DNA from: an uncultured Actinomycetota bacterium
Lineage (GTDB): Bacteria > Actinomycetota > Actinomycetes > Propionibacteriales > Nocardioidaceae
Direction of reading: 5' to 3'
Assembly (NCBI GenBank): GCA_963730035.1
Contig: CAVSPN010000002.1
Location: 2,625,520-2,689,519, forward strand
DNA length: 64,000 nt
Shown piece after piece: positions 50,432-61,020 of the stretch (the stretch's first letter is position 1; each line of letters opens with the position of its first letter). The notes under the pieces were generated by a model. The model was not told the DNA's origin and ran no database searches. It saw only the letters and a list, made by a program, of their open reading frames with translations. A program made the position numbers and the translations under genes.

Positions 50432-50725
50432 TCAGGGTCGGGGGTCGGTACGCCGCCACGGCCGCTCGTCGCGACGCCGTCCTGTCGCAGTCGCGCAGCG
50501 CGGACAGACGTCGGTTACCCGGTCTGTGTCGCGACCGGTGGCGGGCTGGACGTCCACCCACTCGATGTGCGGGAAGCACTCGAGCCGGTTGCGGCTGAGC
50601 TGCAGGCCGCGCAGGCTGGAGTTGCTCCCGGGCTGCCACGCGTGGACCTCGCCGGCAGGGGAGCGGAACCCGTCCGGGTTGGTCCAGGAGCCCGTCGCGG
50701 CGACGGCGGCGTCGGTCGCTCTCAC
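50432..50725 (-). CDS. Orphan ORF, possibly a gene fragment
   Basis: 97 codons from a GTG. GC3 is coding-like through ...IEWVDVQPATGRD and then degrades. No family recognised. Confidence 0.25.
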   Translation of the reverse strand: MRATDAAVAATGSWTNPDGFRSPAGEVHAWQPGSNSSLRGLQLSRNRLECFPHIEWVDVQPATGRDTDRVTDVCPRCATATGRRRDERPWRRTDPRP

Positions 50726-50825
50726 GTCCGGTCCCTACCCCGCACGCAGCGGCCCGCACCCCACGCCCACACACCGGCGGACGTGGACCGGTTCTGTCGG
50801 TGCGGCGTGCTGAGATGGCTGGACG

Positions 50826-53800
50826 ATGACGACGTACACCCTGAGCCGGCCACCGGCGGCGCCTCCTGCCCCGGTGCTCGACCCTGCCCAGCAGGCGGTC
50901 GTCGACCACAAGGGTGGGCCGCTGCTGGTCCTCGCCGGGCCCGGCACCGGGAAGACGACGACGATGGTCGAGACGATCCTGGACCTCGTCGAGCGTCGTG
51001 GGGTCGCGCCCCACGAGATCCTCGCGCTCACCTTCAGCCGCAAGGCCGCAGAACAGCTGCGCGACCGGGTCACCGCGCGGCTGCACCGCACCCTCGACAC
51101 GACGCTCAGCACGACCTTCCACTCGTTCGCCTACTCGCTGCTGCGGGCCCACGCGGACGAGGGCGCCTACGCCGCGCCGCTGCGGCTGCTGAGCGCGCCG
51201 GTCCAGGACGTCGTCCTCCAGACGCTGCTCCGACCCTCCCCGGAGGCCGTCGACTGGCCCCCGGCCCTGGCCGACGCGGTGCGGACCCGCGGGTTCTCCC
51301 GCGAGGTCCAGGCCTTGCTGGCGCGCACCCGCGAGCGCGGCCTCACCGGCGAGCAGCTCGCGGGGATCGGGCGATCCTCGGGCCGTCCCGAGTGGGTGGC
51401 CGGCGGCCGCTTCCTCGAGCAGTACCTCGACGTCCTGGACGCCGAGAGCGCCGTCGACTACGCCGACCTCATCGTCCGCGCGGTCCGGCTCGCCGAGGAC
51501 CCGGCCGTCCAGGCCGACCTCCGGATGCGGTGGTCGTGGGTGTTCGTCGACGAGTACCAGGACACCGACCCCAGCCAGGTGGCGCTGCTCCGTGCCCTCG
51601 CCGGGGACGGCCGCAACCTCGTCGTGGTGGGTGACCCGGACCAGGCGATCTACGGCTTCCGCGGCGCCGACGTCCGAGGCGTCCTCGACTTCCCGGCGGA
51701 CTTCCCGACGCTCGACGGCCGCCCCGCGCCGGTCCTCGCCCTCACCCGCACCCGCCGGTTCGGGCCTGCGATCAAGGCCGCGTCGGAGCGGATCGCGACC
51801 GGGATCCCGGTCCGAGGAGCGATCCCGAGCAGCGCCTTCGAGGCGTTCCGGCGCGCCACGGCGGAGCCCGTCGAGCACGGCGACGGCACGGTCGAGGTGC
51901 TCCACCTCGACTCACCGCGCGCGGAGGTCGAGCACGTCGCCGACCGGCTGCGCCGGGCGCACCTGCAGGACGGCACTGCGTGGTCGCAGATGGCGGTCCT
52001 CGTCCGCAGCGGACGGAGCTCCATCCCGGTGCTGCGACGCGCACTCACCGCTGCCGGGGTGCCTGTGGAGGTCGCGGCCGACGACACCCCGCTGGTTGAC
52101 GAGCCGGCGGTCCAGCCGCTGCTGGAGGCCCTGCGCGTCGTGCTGGCGCTCGAGGGTGAGCCGGACGCCGGCGTTGCGTCGGACGCCGGGCCACGGCCTC
52201 CGGTGCTCGACGCGGACAAGGCTGAGACGCTGCTGCTCTCACCCCTCGGTGGCCTGGACGCCGCCGAGCTGCGCCGGCTGGCCCGCTCCCTCCACCGCCG
52301 GGAGCGCACCGCGGCGGCGGCGCGAGGGGTCGCCGCGCGCGCCAGCACCGAGCTGGTCCGGGAGGCCGTGCTGGACCCGGCGGTCCTCGAGGGACTTCCT
52401 CGCGGGTCGGAGATCGACAAGACCCGCCGGTTCTCGGTCCTCCTGCGGCGTGCGCGCGGCGCCGTCGACGCCGGTGCGGCGGCCGAGGAGGTCCTGTGGC
52501 TGCTGTGGTCCGGCACCGGCTGGCCGGAGCGGCTGCGGCACACCGCGCTCGGCGCCCACGGCGGGTCGACGGCGCGGGCGGCGGCCCACCGGGACCTCGA
52601 CGCGGTGTGCGCGCTCTTCGAGGAGGCCGCCAAGACCGAGGAGCAGCGCGGTCACACCAGCGTCGCGACCTTCCTCGACACCCTCCAGGCCCAGCAGCTG
52701 CCCGCCGACACGCTCGCCGAGCGCGGCGTCCGCGGTGAGGCGGTGCGGCTGCTGACCGCGCACCGGGCGAAGGGCCTGGAGTGGGACCTCGTCGTCGTGG
52801 CCCAGGTCCAGGAGGGCAGCTGGCCCGACCTGCGGCGGCGGACCTCGTTGCTGCGCGCCGACGAGGTGGGGCACGACGGGCCGTTGCCACCGGTCGACAC
52901 CCGCACGCTGCTGGCGGAGGAGCGACGGCTCTTCTACGTCGCCTGCACGCGTGCGCGACGCCACCTGCTGGTGACCGCCGTCGCCTCACCCGACGAGGAC
53001 GGCGACCGGCCCTCCCGGTTCACCGGAGAGCTCGGCGTCCCGCCGGTCGAGGTGACCGGCCGGCCACCCCGCCCGATGTCGCTGACCGGAGTAGTGGCCG
53101 AGCTGCGTCGGACGGCCGCCGACCCGTCGACGCCGCCGGCGCTGCGCGACGCAGCGGTCCGGCGGCTCGCACGGCTCGCGCTCGAGCGGCGCGGGTCCGC
53201 GGCCCTCGTCCCCGCCGCCGACCCGTCGACGTGGTGGGGGACCCGCGGCCGCTCGGTGTCCTCCTCCCCGATCCGGGCCGTCGACGAGCCGATCTCGCTC
53301 AGCCCGAGCACGCTGGACGCGCTGCTTGCCTGCCCCGCCCGGTGGTTCCTCGAGCACGAGGCGGGCGGGCGCACCGCCACCACCTCCGCGCAGGGGTTCG
53401 GCAACATCGTCCACGCGCTCGCCGACCGGCTCACCAAGGGAGAGCTCGGCCCGGACACCACCGAGGAGCAGCTCATGGCGCTGGTGGATCGGGTCTGGGG
53501 CGAGGTCGTCTTCGCCACGCCCTGGTCCTCGGCCAAGCAGCGCGTCGAGCTCGAGCGCGCGCTGCGCCGGCTGCTGGCCTGGCACCGCGAGGACCCGCGC
53601 CGCCCGCTCGCCTCGGAGGTGCCCCTCGACGCGGAGCTGCGGCTGGGTCCCGACCCGGACAGCGAGATGGTCCGGCTGCACGGGTACGCCGACCGCCTGG
53701 ACCTCGACGAGGACGGGCGGGTGGTCGTCGTGGACTTCAAGACCTCCAAGAGCCACCCGACGGTCAAGGACCTGCCCGAGCACGTGCAGCTCGCGCTTTA

Positions 53801-54095
53801 TCAGCTCGCCGTCGAGCAGGGCGCCGTCGACGAGCTGCTCGGCCGTCCCGGTCGCTCCGGCGGCGCCGAGCTCGTGCAGCTGCGACGCGACACCCCCACG
53901 CCCGAGGCGAAGGTCCAGCGTCAGGAGCCGCCCGAGCCGGGACCGGACGGTCGGACACCGGTCGAGGTCACCATCGGCCAGGTCGTGCGCCGGATCCGCG
54001 ACGAGGAGTTCCCGGCCCGGCTCGGCGAGCACTGCAAGCACTGCACGTTCCTCACCCTCTGCCCGCACGAGAGCTCCGGGACGGTGCTGTCATGA
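50826..54095 (+). CDS. adnA: Helicase-nuclease AdnA (UvrD-like motor + RecB-type nuclease)
   Basis: LVLAGPGTGKTTT Walker A, VFVDEYQDT, C-terminal VVVDFKTSK nuclease motif and CKHCTFLTLCP. 1089 aa, followed by adnB with an ATGA overlap. Confidence 0.85.
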   Translation: MTTYTLSRPPAAPPAPVLDPAQQAVVDHKGGPLLVLAGPGTGKTTTMVETILDLVERRGVAPHEILALTFSRKAAEQLRDRVTARLHRTLDTTLSTTFHSFAYSLLRAHADEGAYAAPLRLLSAPVQDVVLQTLLRPSPEAVDWPPALADAVRTRGFSREVQALLARTRERGLTGEQLAGIGRSSGRPEWVAGGRFLEQYLDVLDAESAVDYADLIVRAVRLAEDPAVQADLRMRWSWVFVDEYQDTDPSQVALLRALAGDGRNLVVVGDPDQAIYGFRGADVRGVLDFPADFPTLDGRPAPVLALTRTRRFGPAIKAASERIATGIPVRGAIPSSAFEAFRRATAEPVEHGDGTVEVLHLDSPRAEVEHVADRLRRAHLQDGTAWSQMAVLVRSGRSSIPVLRRALTAAGVPVEVAADDTPLVDEPAVQPLLEALRVVLALEGEPDAGVASDAGPRPPVLDADKAETLLLSPLGGLDAAELRRLARSLHRRERTAAAARGVAARASTELVREAVLDPAVLEGLPRGSEIDKTRRFSVLLRRARGAVDAGAAAEEVLWLLWSGTGWPERLRHTALGAHGGSTARAAAHRDLDAVCALFEEAAKTEEQRGHTSVATFLDTLQAQQLPADTLAERGVRGEAVRLLTAHRAKGLEWDLVVVAQVQEGSWPDLRRRTSLLRADEVGHDGPLPPVDTRTLLAEERRLFYVACTRARRHLLVTAVASPDEDGDRPSRFTGELGVPPVEVTGRPPRPMSLTGVVAELRRTAADPSTPPALRDAAVRRLARLALERRGSAALVPAADPSTWWGTRGRSVSSSPIRAVDEPISLSPSTLDALLACPARWFLEHEAGGRTATTSAQGFGNIVHALADRLTKGELGPDTTEEQLMALVDRVWGEVVFATPWSSAKQRVELERALRRLLAWHREDPRRPLASEVPLDAELRLGPDPDSEMVRLHGYADRLDLDEDGRVVVVDFKTSKSHPTVKDLPEHVQLALYQLAVEQGAVDELLGRPGRSGGAELVQLRRDTPTPEAKVQRQEPPEPGPDGRTPVEVTIGQVVRRIRDEEFPARLGEHCKHCTFLTLCPHESSGTVLS

Positions 54096-57000
54096 CGCTT
54101 CTGACCCACGCGCACGGGCTCCCCACCACGCCGCTGCGCGCCCCGGTCCTCGACACCCCGCAGGCGCTGCAGCGGTTCATGGGCGCCGACTTCGCCCTCA
54201 GCGACCAGCAGTTCGCCGTCGTGCGCGCACCCCTCGAGCCCGCGGTCGTCATCGCCGGCGCTGGCTCCGGCAAGACCACCCTGATGGCCGCCCGGGTCGT
54301 CTGGCTCGTCGGCAGCGGTCTCGTCGAGCCCCACGAGGTCCTCGGCCTCACCTTCACCACCAAGGCCGCGGCCGAGCTGACCTCCCGGATCCGGGAGGCG
54401 CTCCGCGACGCCGGGCTCCTGGCGCCCGGGGCCGCCCGGGGACCGCACGAGGTCGGGACGGGTGAGGCCGATGCTCCTGAGACCCTCGAGCCGACCGTCG
54501 CGACGTACAACGCCTACGCCGCGTCGCTGCTCACCGAGCACGGGCTCCGGATCGGGCACGAGCCGGACACGCGGGTGATGGCCGAGGCCGCGCGCTACCA
54601 GCTCGCGGCCCGCGTCATCGGCCGGCACACCCGCGACGTCCGCCACCTGAGCGACCACCAGCCCACCGTCGTGGGCTACCTGCTCGCGCTCGACGCCCAG
54701 CTCAGCGAGCACCTCGTGGCGCCGCAGGACCTGCTCGCGTTCCAGGACCGGCTGCGTCCCCGCATCGAGGCCGAGCTCGCGGTGGCGACGGCGCGCAAGG
54801 ACCTGGCCGCGGTGCTCGAGACCTTCGAGCGGCGCCGGGAGCTGGTGCACCTCGTCGAGGAGTACCGCGCGCTCAAGCGCTCCCTGGGCCTGATGGAGTT
54901 CTCCGACCAGATCGAGCTCGGGGCCCGACTGGCCACCACCCGCCCCGAGGTCGGCGCTGCGCAGCGCGCGGCCTACAAGGTCGTCCTCCTCGACGAGTAC
55001 CAGGACACCTCCGTCGCCCAGGCGAGGATGCTCTCCGCGCTGTTCTCCGGCCGACCCCGGCCCCGACCGTGGGCGCGGCCATCCCGTGACCGCCGTCGGC
55101 GACCCCAACCAGGCGATCTACGGCTGGCGCGGCGCCTCGGTCTCGAACATCCTCCGGTTCGGGGAGAGCTTCCCGTCGGCCGACGGGTCGGTCGAGGCGT
55201 CGACGTACTCCCTCACGGTCAACCGGCGCTCGGACACGCGCATCCTCGATGTCGCGAACCGGCTCGCGCAGCCGCTGTACGACGAGCTCCCTCAGGTCCG
55301 GCCCCTCGAGGCGAAGCCGGACGCGGCTCCGGGTGAGGTCCGTGCGGAGGTCCACGAGACCGCGGACGACGAGGTGGCCGCGCTCCCAGCCCAGGTCCGG
55401 GCGGCGCGGGACCGGTACGGCGCCTGGAGCTCGGTCGGCGTCCTCACCCGCGACAACGCCACCGCCGCCGCGGTCTTCCGGGCGCTGTCCGGTGCGGACG
55501 TCCCGGTCGAGATCGTCGGGCTCAAGGGGCTGCTGGCGCTCCCCGAGGTGGCGGAGGTCGTCGCCACGCTGACCCTCCTGCACGACCTCACCGCGAACGC
55601 CGAGCTGCTCCTGCTGCTCTCCGGTCCGCGCTGGGCGGTGGGTCCTCGCGACCTCGCGCTGCTGGGCTCCCGCGCCGGGGAGCTCGCCGGGACGCGCGGC
55701 GGGCGCCGAGGGTCCGAGCAGCCTGCGTCGGTCGCGGAGGCGCTCGAGGCGGCCGTCACCGGGGCCGACCCCACCGAGATCGCGTCGCTCAGCGACGCCC
55801 TCGACGACCCGGGCGACGCGGCGTACTCACCCGAGGCGCTCGAGCGGTTCGGGCTGCTGTCCGCCGAGCTCCGGATGCTCCGGCAGCACGCAGGGGAGCC
55901 GCTCATCGACCTCGTCCGGCGGATCGTCGACACCCTCGGGATCGACGTCGAGCTGGCGTCGGCGGTGAGCCCCGCGGCGCAGGCGCGCCGCGACAACCTG
56001 GACCTCTTCGTCAAGGGGGTCGCGGAGTTCCAGGCGATCGACGGAGAGGTGAGCCTCCCGGCACTGCTCAGCTACCTCGAGGCCGAGGAGGACGGGACCG
56101 GGATGGACGTCGCGACCCCGACGGCCGCCGACAGCGTCAAGCTGCTCACCGTGCACCGGGCCAAGGGGCTGGAGTGGGACGCGGTGTTCCTCGTCGGCGT
56201 CGCGGACAAGCGGTTCCCCACCGACCGGACCCGCACGAAGTGGACCGCCGGACCCGGGGTGCTCCCCTACCCGCTGCGCGGGGACGCCGCGGACCTCCCG
56301 GCCTGGCCGGGGCTCGACGCGGCCGGGCTCAAGGTCTTCACCGAGCAGAGCAAGGCCCACGAGCGCCAGGAGGAGCTCCGGCTGGCCTACGTCGCGTTCA
56401 CCCGGGCCCGGTCCCTGCTGTCGGTCTCGTCCTGGCTGTGGACGACCAGCCGCAAGGACGCCTGCGGTCCTTCTGACTACCAGCGGGTGGTGCGGGACTT
56501 CCTCGAGGAGCTCGACCGTCGCGGGGAGCTGACCGACCCGCTGCCGCCGTGGCCCGAGGTGCCGCCGAGGGGGACGCCGAACCCGACCCAGGCCGTCGAC
56601 CGCGTCGCGCCCTGGCCTCCTGAGCAGCACACCCCCGAAGTGCGGCTGCGGCTCGCCGTGGCCGAGCGCGTCCGCGCCGAGACCGCCGCCCGGCTCGCCG
56701 GGGTGCCCGAGGAGCTGGAGCTCGACCTCGACGAGGAGCAGGCGGCGACGGTGGCCGCGTGGGACGCCGAGATCGACCGGCTGCTCGAGGAGGCGCGACG
56801 GCGCAGCGCCGACACGGTCGGGGTGGCGCTGCCCTCCAGCCTGTCCGCGACCGCGCTCGCCGCGCTCCGCAGCGACCCCGGCGGCTTCGCGGAGCGGCTC
56901 GCCCGACCGATGCCCCGACCGCCGGCGCCGGCGGCACGCAGCGGGACCCGGTTCCACGCCTGGGTGGAGGCCCACTACGACCGGCACCGCCAGGACCTCC

Positions 57001-57440
57001 TTGTCGACCCCGACGAGCTCGAGGGTCGTGCCGACGCCGGCCTCGACGAGCGGGAGGACGCGACCGACCTCACCGGTCTGGTCGAGCAGTTCCTGGCGGG
57101 CCCCTTCGCCGAGCGCCGGCCGGTGGCGGTCGAGCCGGCCTTCGCCCTGGTGCTCGGCGGGCAGGTGGTCCGGGGGAGGATCGACGCCGTGTTCGAGGAC
57201 GCCGGCCCCGACCTCCCCGGCTTCCTCGTCGTCGACTGGAAGACCAATCGGGCGCACACCGCGGACCCGCTGCAGCTGGCGGTCTACCGGCTCGCGTGGG
57301 CCGAGCTCGCCGGCGTCCCGGTCGAGCAGGTGCGAGCGGGCTTCTACTACGTGCGTGACCGGCAGCTCGAGCTGCACGACGAGCTGCCCGACCGGGAAGC
57401 GTTGGAGCGGATGCTGCTCGGCGGGACGGCGGCGCGGTGA
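54092..57440 (+). pseudogene. adnB: Helicase-nuclease AdnB with an apparent +1 frameshift near 55050-55080
   Basis: Frame 1 (from ATG 54092) carries IAGAGSGKTT and VLLDEYQDTS...LSALFSG. Frame 2 resumes with DPGPDRGRGHPVTAVGDPNQAIYGWRGAS and runs to 57440, with LTVHRAKGLEWD and the RecB motif GRIDAVF...LVVDWKT. Confidence 0.75.
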
Positions 57441-58366
57441 CAGTCCCTCCAGCGCCCGGCACCGTCGAGATCGCCCTGTCCCGGCGGACCCACGAGCGCA
57501 TCGGCGGGCGACGGACCGACGCGGCGTGGCTCGAAGAGGTCTGGGCTGACCCCGGCACCCGGGTGCTGGTGCTGGCCGACGGCCGCTTCCCGGTCGTCGA
57601 AGGAGCCGACGGCTCGGCAATGGTCGGGTGGCGCAGCCCGGCGGAGGCGCCCGACGGGCAGCGGCTGCTGCTCGGGGAGCAGGACGGCGTCGTGCACGTC
57701 GCGGTCGTCGCGGCGGATCCCGCGCCGGACGGCGCCGCCGAGGAGGACACCGACGAGTGGCAGACGCTCCGGGGTGTCGGTGGCCGGCTCCTCGCTGCCG
57801 ACGCCGGGCTCGTCGTCCACGCGGTCGCACTCGCGGAGTGGCTCCGTGGTCACCGCTACTGTCCCCGATGCGGGGCCGCGCTCCGGGCAGCCGACGGCGG
57901 CCACGTGCTGCGGTGCACCGGCTGCGGCCGCAACCACTTCCCGCGCACGGACCCGGCCGTGATCATGCTCGTCACCGACGGTGACCGGGCGCTGCTCGGG
58001 CGGCAGCCGGCATGGCCCCCCGGCCGGTACTCCACGCTCGCCGGCTTCGTCGAGCCCGGGGAGAGCCTGGAGGACGCGGTGCGTCGCGAGGTGATGGAGG
58101 AGGTCGGCGTCGAGATCGGCGAGGTCTCCTACATCGGCAACCAGCCCTGGCCGTTCCCGTCGAGCCTCATGGTGGGCTTCTTCGCGCGGGCGGAGACGAC
58201 CACGATCGACGTCGACGGCGACGAGATCGAGGACGCCCGGTGGTTCACCCGTGAGGAGATCGACACGCTGGCGCGCGACGGCGCCGTCGTGCTCCCCGGC
58301 GGGTTCTCGATCAGCCGGGCCCTCGTCGAGGCGTGGTACGGCGGACCCCTCCCGGGGACCTGGTGA
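57437..58366 (+). CDS. nudC: NAD(+) diphosphatase NudC
   Basis: GTGA overlap. Zinc ribbon CPRCG...CTGCG. Nudix box GFVEPGESLEDAVRREVMEEVGV and NQPWPFP. Confidence 0.9.
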   Translation: MTVPPAPGTVEIALSRRTHERIGGRRTDAAWLEEVWADPGTRVLVLADGRFPVVEGADGSAMVGWRSPAEAPDGQRLLLGEQDGVVHVAVVAADPAPDGAAEEDTDEWQTLRGVGGRLLAADAGLVVHAVALAEWLRGHRYCPRCGAALRAADGGHVLRCTGCGRNHFPRTDPAVIMLVTDGDRALLGRQPAWPPGRYSTLAGFVEPGESLEDAVRREVMEEVGVEIGEVSYIGNQPWPFPSSLMVGFFARAETTTIDVDGDEIEDARWFTREEIDTLARDGAVVLPGGFSISRALVEAWYGGPLPGTW

Positions 58367-58371
58367 GGGGC

Positions 58372-58641
58372 TCAGCCGGCGAGCGCGGCGACCTTGGCCT
58401 TGACATCCTTGAGCGGCGGGTTGGTCTGCGCCGTCCCGTCGGCGTAGACCAGCGTCGGCACGGTCTGGTTGCCCCCGTTCACGCGCTCCACCAGCTCGGC
58501 AGCCTCGGGCCGCTGCTCGATGTCCACGACCTCGAAGGAGATCCCCTCGCGCTGCATCTGGGACTTCAGGCGCGAGCAGTAGCCGCACCACGTCGTCGAG
58601 TACATCGTCACCAGGGGGGTGTCGGCAGAGCCGGCGGCCAT
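58372..58641 (-). CDS. Mycoredoxin / glutaredoxin-like protein
   Basis: TMYSTTWCGYCSRLK CxxC motif and TVPTL. ATG at 58641 is preferred. Position as Rv3198A. Confidence 0.8.
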   Translation of the reverse strand: MAAGSADTPLVTMYSTTWCGYCSRLKSQMQREGISFEVVDIEQRPEAAELVERVNGGNQTVPTLVYADGTAQTNPPLKDVKAKVAALAG

Positions 58642-58703
58642 GGAGGGTCCTTTCCTCGGCATAGGGTTCCTCCGTCCCGGCGGAGGAGCCGCCGGACGGG
58701 GTC

Positions 58704-60917
58704 GTGGAGGAGAACGGTGGTGCAGTCGTGAATGTTCCCGCGCTGACCGTCCCCTCCACCGCCCGGCCGACGGCCGACCAGCTCCTCGAGGGGCTCGACC
58801 CCGAGCAGCGCGAGGTGGCGACCGCGCTCCGCGGCTCCGTGCGGGTGCTCGCGGGCGCCGGCACCGGGAAGACGCGGGCGATCACCCACCGGATCGCCTA
58901 CGGCGTCGCGTGCGGGGTGTACCAGCCGCGCCAGGTCCTCGCCGTCACGTTCACGACCCGCGCCGCGGGCGAGCTCCGGATGCGGCTGCGGGCGCTGGGG
59001 GCCGACGGCGTCCAGGCGCGCACCTTCCACTCCGCAGCGCTGCGTCAGGCCCGCTACTTCTGGCCCAAGGTGTACGGCGGGGAGCTCCCCCCGCTCATGG
59101 AGAGCAAGCTCGGGGTCGTCGGCACCGCCGCGCGTCGCAACCGGCTCGACGCGCAGTCCGGCACGCTGCGCGACCTCGCCGGTGAGATCGAGTGGTCGAA
59201 GGTCAGCAACGTCCGGCCCGAGGACTACGCGCGGGTCGCGCAGGCTCGGGGACGCGAGGTGTCCGCCGCCGACCCGGCCACGGTCGCCGCCGTCTTCGCG
59301 TCCTACGAGGAGGTCAAGCGCGAGGCGGGCCGCATCGACATGGAGGACGTGCTGCTCTGCGCGGCGGCCGTCCTCGCCGAGGACGAGCGGGTCGCGGCCG
59401 AGGTGCGCCGTCAGTACCACCACTTCGTGGTCGATGAGTTCCAGGACGTGAGCCCGATCCAGGCCGCGCTGCTCGACCTCTGGCTCGGCGGACGTCACGA
59501 GCTGTGCGTCGTCGGGGACCCGGCGCAGACCGTGTACTCGTTCGCCGGTGCGTCCTCCCGCTACCTGCTCGAGCTGCCCGGTCGCCACCCAGGGACGACC
59601 AGCGTCGAGCTCGTGCGCAACTACCGCTCGACTCCTGAGGTCGTCGATGCCGCGAACCGGCTCCTCGGCGTGGCGGGGGGAGCGGGCGCCTCTCCCGGCG
59701 CGGGTCCGGCCGGGACGCGCGGCGTGCGGCTGCGGTCCCAGCAGCCTCCGGGCGCACCGGTCGGCTACACCGAGCACGCCGACGAGGTCGCGGAGGCCGA
59801 CGCCGTCGCCGAGCAGATCCGGCGGGAGGTGGAGTCGGGCACGCCGGCCCGCGAGATCGCAGTCCTCGTGCGCATCAACGCCCAGTCCGAGGCGTTCGAG
59901 GAGGCACTCGCGGCGCGCGGCGTCCCGTTCGTCGTGCGCGGCGCCGAGCGGTTCTTCTCCCGACCCGAGGTGCGACAGGCGGTCACCCTGCTGCGCGGCG
60001 CGGCCCGGGCGCTCGAGGGACAGGGCGGGTCGGCCACCGGCGCCGAGCTCGTCGAGCAGGTGCGGGCCGTCCTCTCGGGGATGGGCTGGGCGCCGACGGC
60101 GCCGACCGCACGAGGCAGCGCCCGCGACCGCTGGGAGTCGCTGCAGGCGCTGCTCGACCTCGCCGCGGCCTTCGTCGGCGCCGACCCCGCCGCAGGCGCC
60201 GGAGCCTTCGTCGACGACCTCGACCGCCGAGCGGCCGAGCAGCACGCCCCGGTCGCCGAGGGCGTGACGATCGCGACGCTGCACGCCGCCAAGGGTTTGG
60301 AGTGGGACGTGGTCTTCCTCGCCGGCGCGTGCGAGGGGACCCTCCCCATCAGCTACGCGCTGGACGATCCCGCGGCCGTCGAGGAGGAGCGCCGGCTGGC
60401 CTACGTCGGGGTGACGCGGGCCCGCCGCCGGCTTGAGGTGTCGTGGGCGCTCGCCCGGACCCCCGGCGGCCGCGGCTCCCGACGACCGTCGCGCTTCCTC
60501 GACGGGCTGCGTCCCGAGCGCCCTCACGACCGGTCGGGGCGCCCGGCGCGGCAGCGCGACCGGAGCCGCTCGTCGCGGTCCGGGACCGCCACCTGCCGTG
60601 TCTGCGGAGGGACCCTCGGCTCGGTCTCCGAGCGCCGGGTCGGCCGCTGCGACGCCTGTCCCGCGACCTACGACGAGGAGCTCTTCGAGGCGCTCCGGGA
60701 GTGGCGCAGCCGGACCGCGAAGGCCGACTCGGTGCCGGCGTACGTCGTCTTCACCGACCTCACGCTCCAGGCCATCGCCGAGACCCGGCCCGCCACCGAG
60801 CAGGCACTGCTCGGGATCAACGGGATCGGCAGGGCGAAGGTCGAGAAGTACGCCGAGCCCGTGCTCGCGCTCGTCGCTGGGGACCGTTCTGGAACTGGTC
60901 CAGAGATTCTCGGATAA
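58704..60917 (+). CDS. uvrD2: ATP-dependent DNA helicase UvrD2 (with tetra-Cys and HRDC domains)
   Basis: LAGAGTGKT, VVDEFQDVS, TLHAAKGLEWD, CRVCGG...CDAC, and a C-terminal HRDC (VPAYVVFTDLTLQAIAE). GTG at 58728 is an alternative start. Confidence 0.9.
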   Translation: MEENGGAVVNVPALTVPSTARPTADQLLEGLDPEQREVATALRGSVRVLAGAGTGKTRAITHRIAYGVACGVYQPRQVLAVTFTTRAAGELRMRLRALGADGVQARTFHSAALRQARYFWPKVYGGELPPLMESKLGVVGTAARRNRLDAQSGTLRDLAGEIEWSKVSNVRPEDYARVAQARGREVSAADPATVAAVFASYEEVKREAGRIDMEDVLLCAAAVLAEDERVAAEVRRQYHHFVVDEFQDVSPIQAALLDLWLGGRHELCVVGDPAQTVYSFAGASSRYLLELPGRHPGTTSVELVRNYRSTPEVVDAANRLLGVAGGAGASPGAGPAGTRGVRLRSQQPPGAPVGYTEHADEVAEADAVAEQIRREVESGTPAREIAVLVRINAQSEAFEEALAARGVPFVVRGAERFFSRPEVRQAVTLLRGAARALEGQGGSATGAELVEQVRAVLSGMGWAPTAPTARGSARDRWESLQALLDLAAAFVGADPAAGAGAFVDDLDRRAAEQHAPVAEGVTIATLHAAKGLEWDVVFLAGACEGTLPISYALDDPAAVEEERRLAYVGVTRARRRLEVSWALARTPGGRGSRRPSRFLDGLRPERPHDRSGRPARQRDRSRSSRSGTATCRVCGGTLGSVSERRVGRCDACPATYDEELFEALREWRSRTAKADSVPAYVVFTDLTLQAIAETRPATEQALLGINGIGRAKVEKYAEPVLALVAGDRSGTGPEILG

Positions 60918-60952
60918 AAGGTTTGCGGCCCCGCCACGGGTCCCAGTACGGT
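60913..60952 (+). promoter_or_regulatory. Candidate whiB7 promoter with AT-rich element abutting -35
   Basis: ATAAAA (60914-60919), TTGCGG (60923-60928), 18-bp spacer, TACGGT (60947-60952). This is one of very few AT-rich patches in the window, and the WhiB7 C-terminus has an AT-hook. Confidence 0.4.
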
Positions 60953-61020
60953 GACGACCACCCAGGCACCAGCCCCGGGTCCCGACCGCCAGGTCGGATC
61001 GAGTCGAGAGGAGGGGTCCA

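Noticed and set aside
50826-60917. UvrD-like helicases + RecB nucleases + NUDIX + glutaredoxin as a novel anti-phage defence island.
   Set aside because: Gene order and motifs match the conserved housekeeping block adnA-adnB-nudC-mycoredoxin-uvrD2-whiB7 known from mycobacteria. There are no signs of mobility or accessory character.
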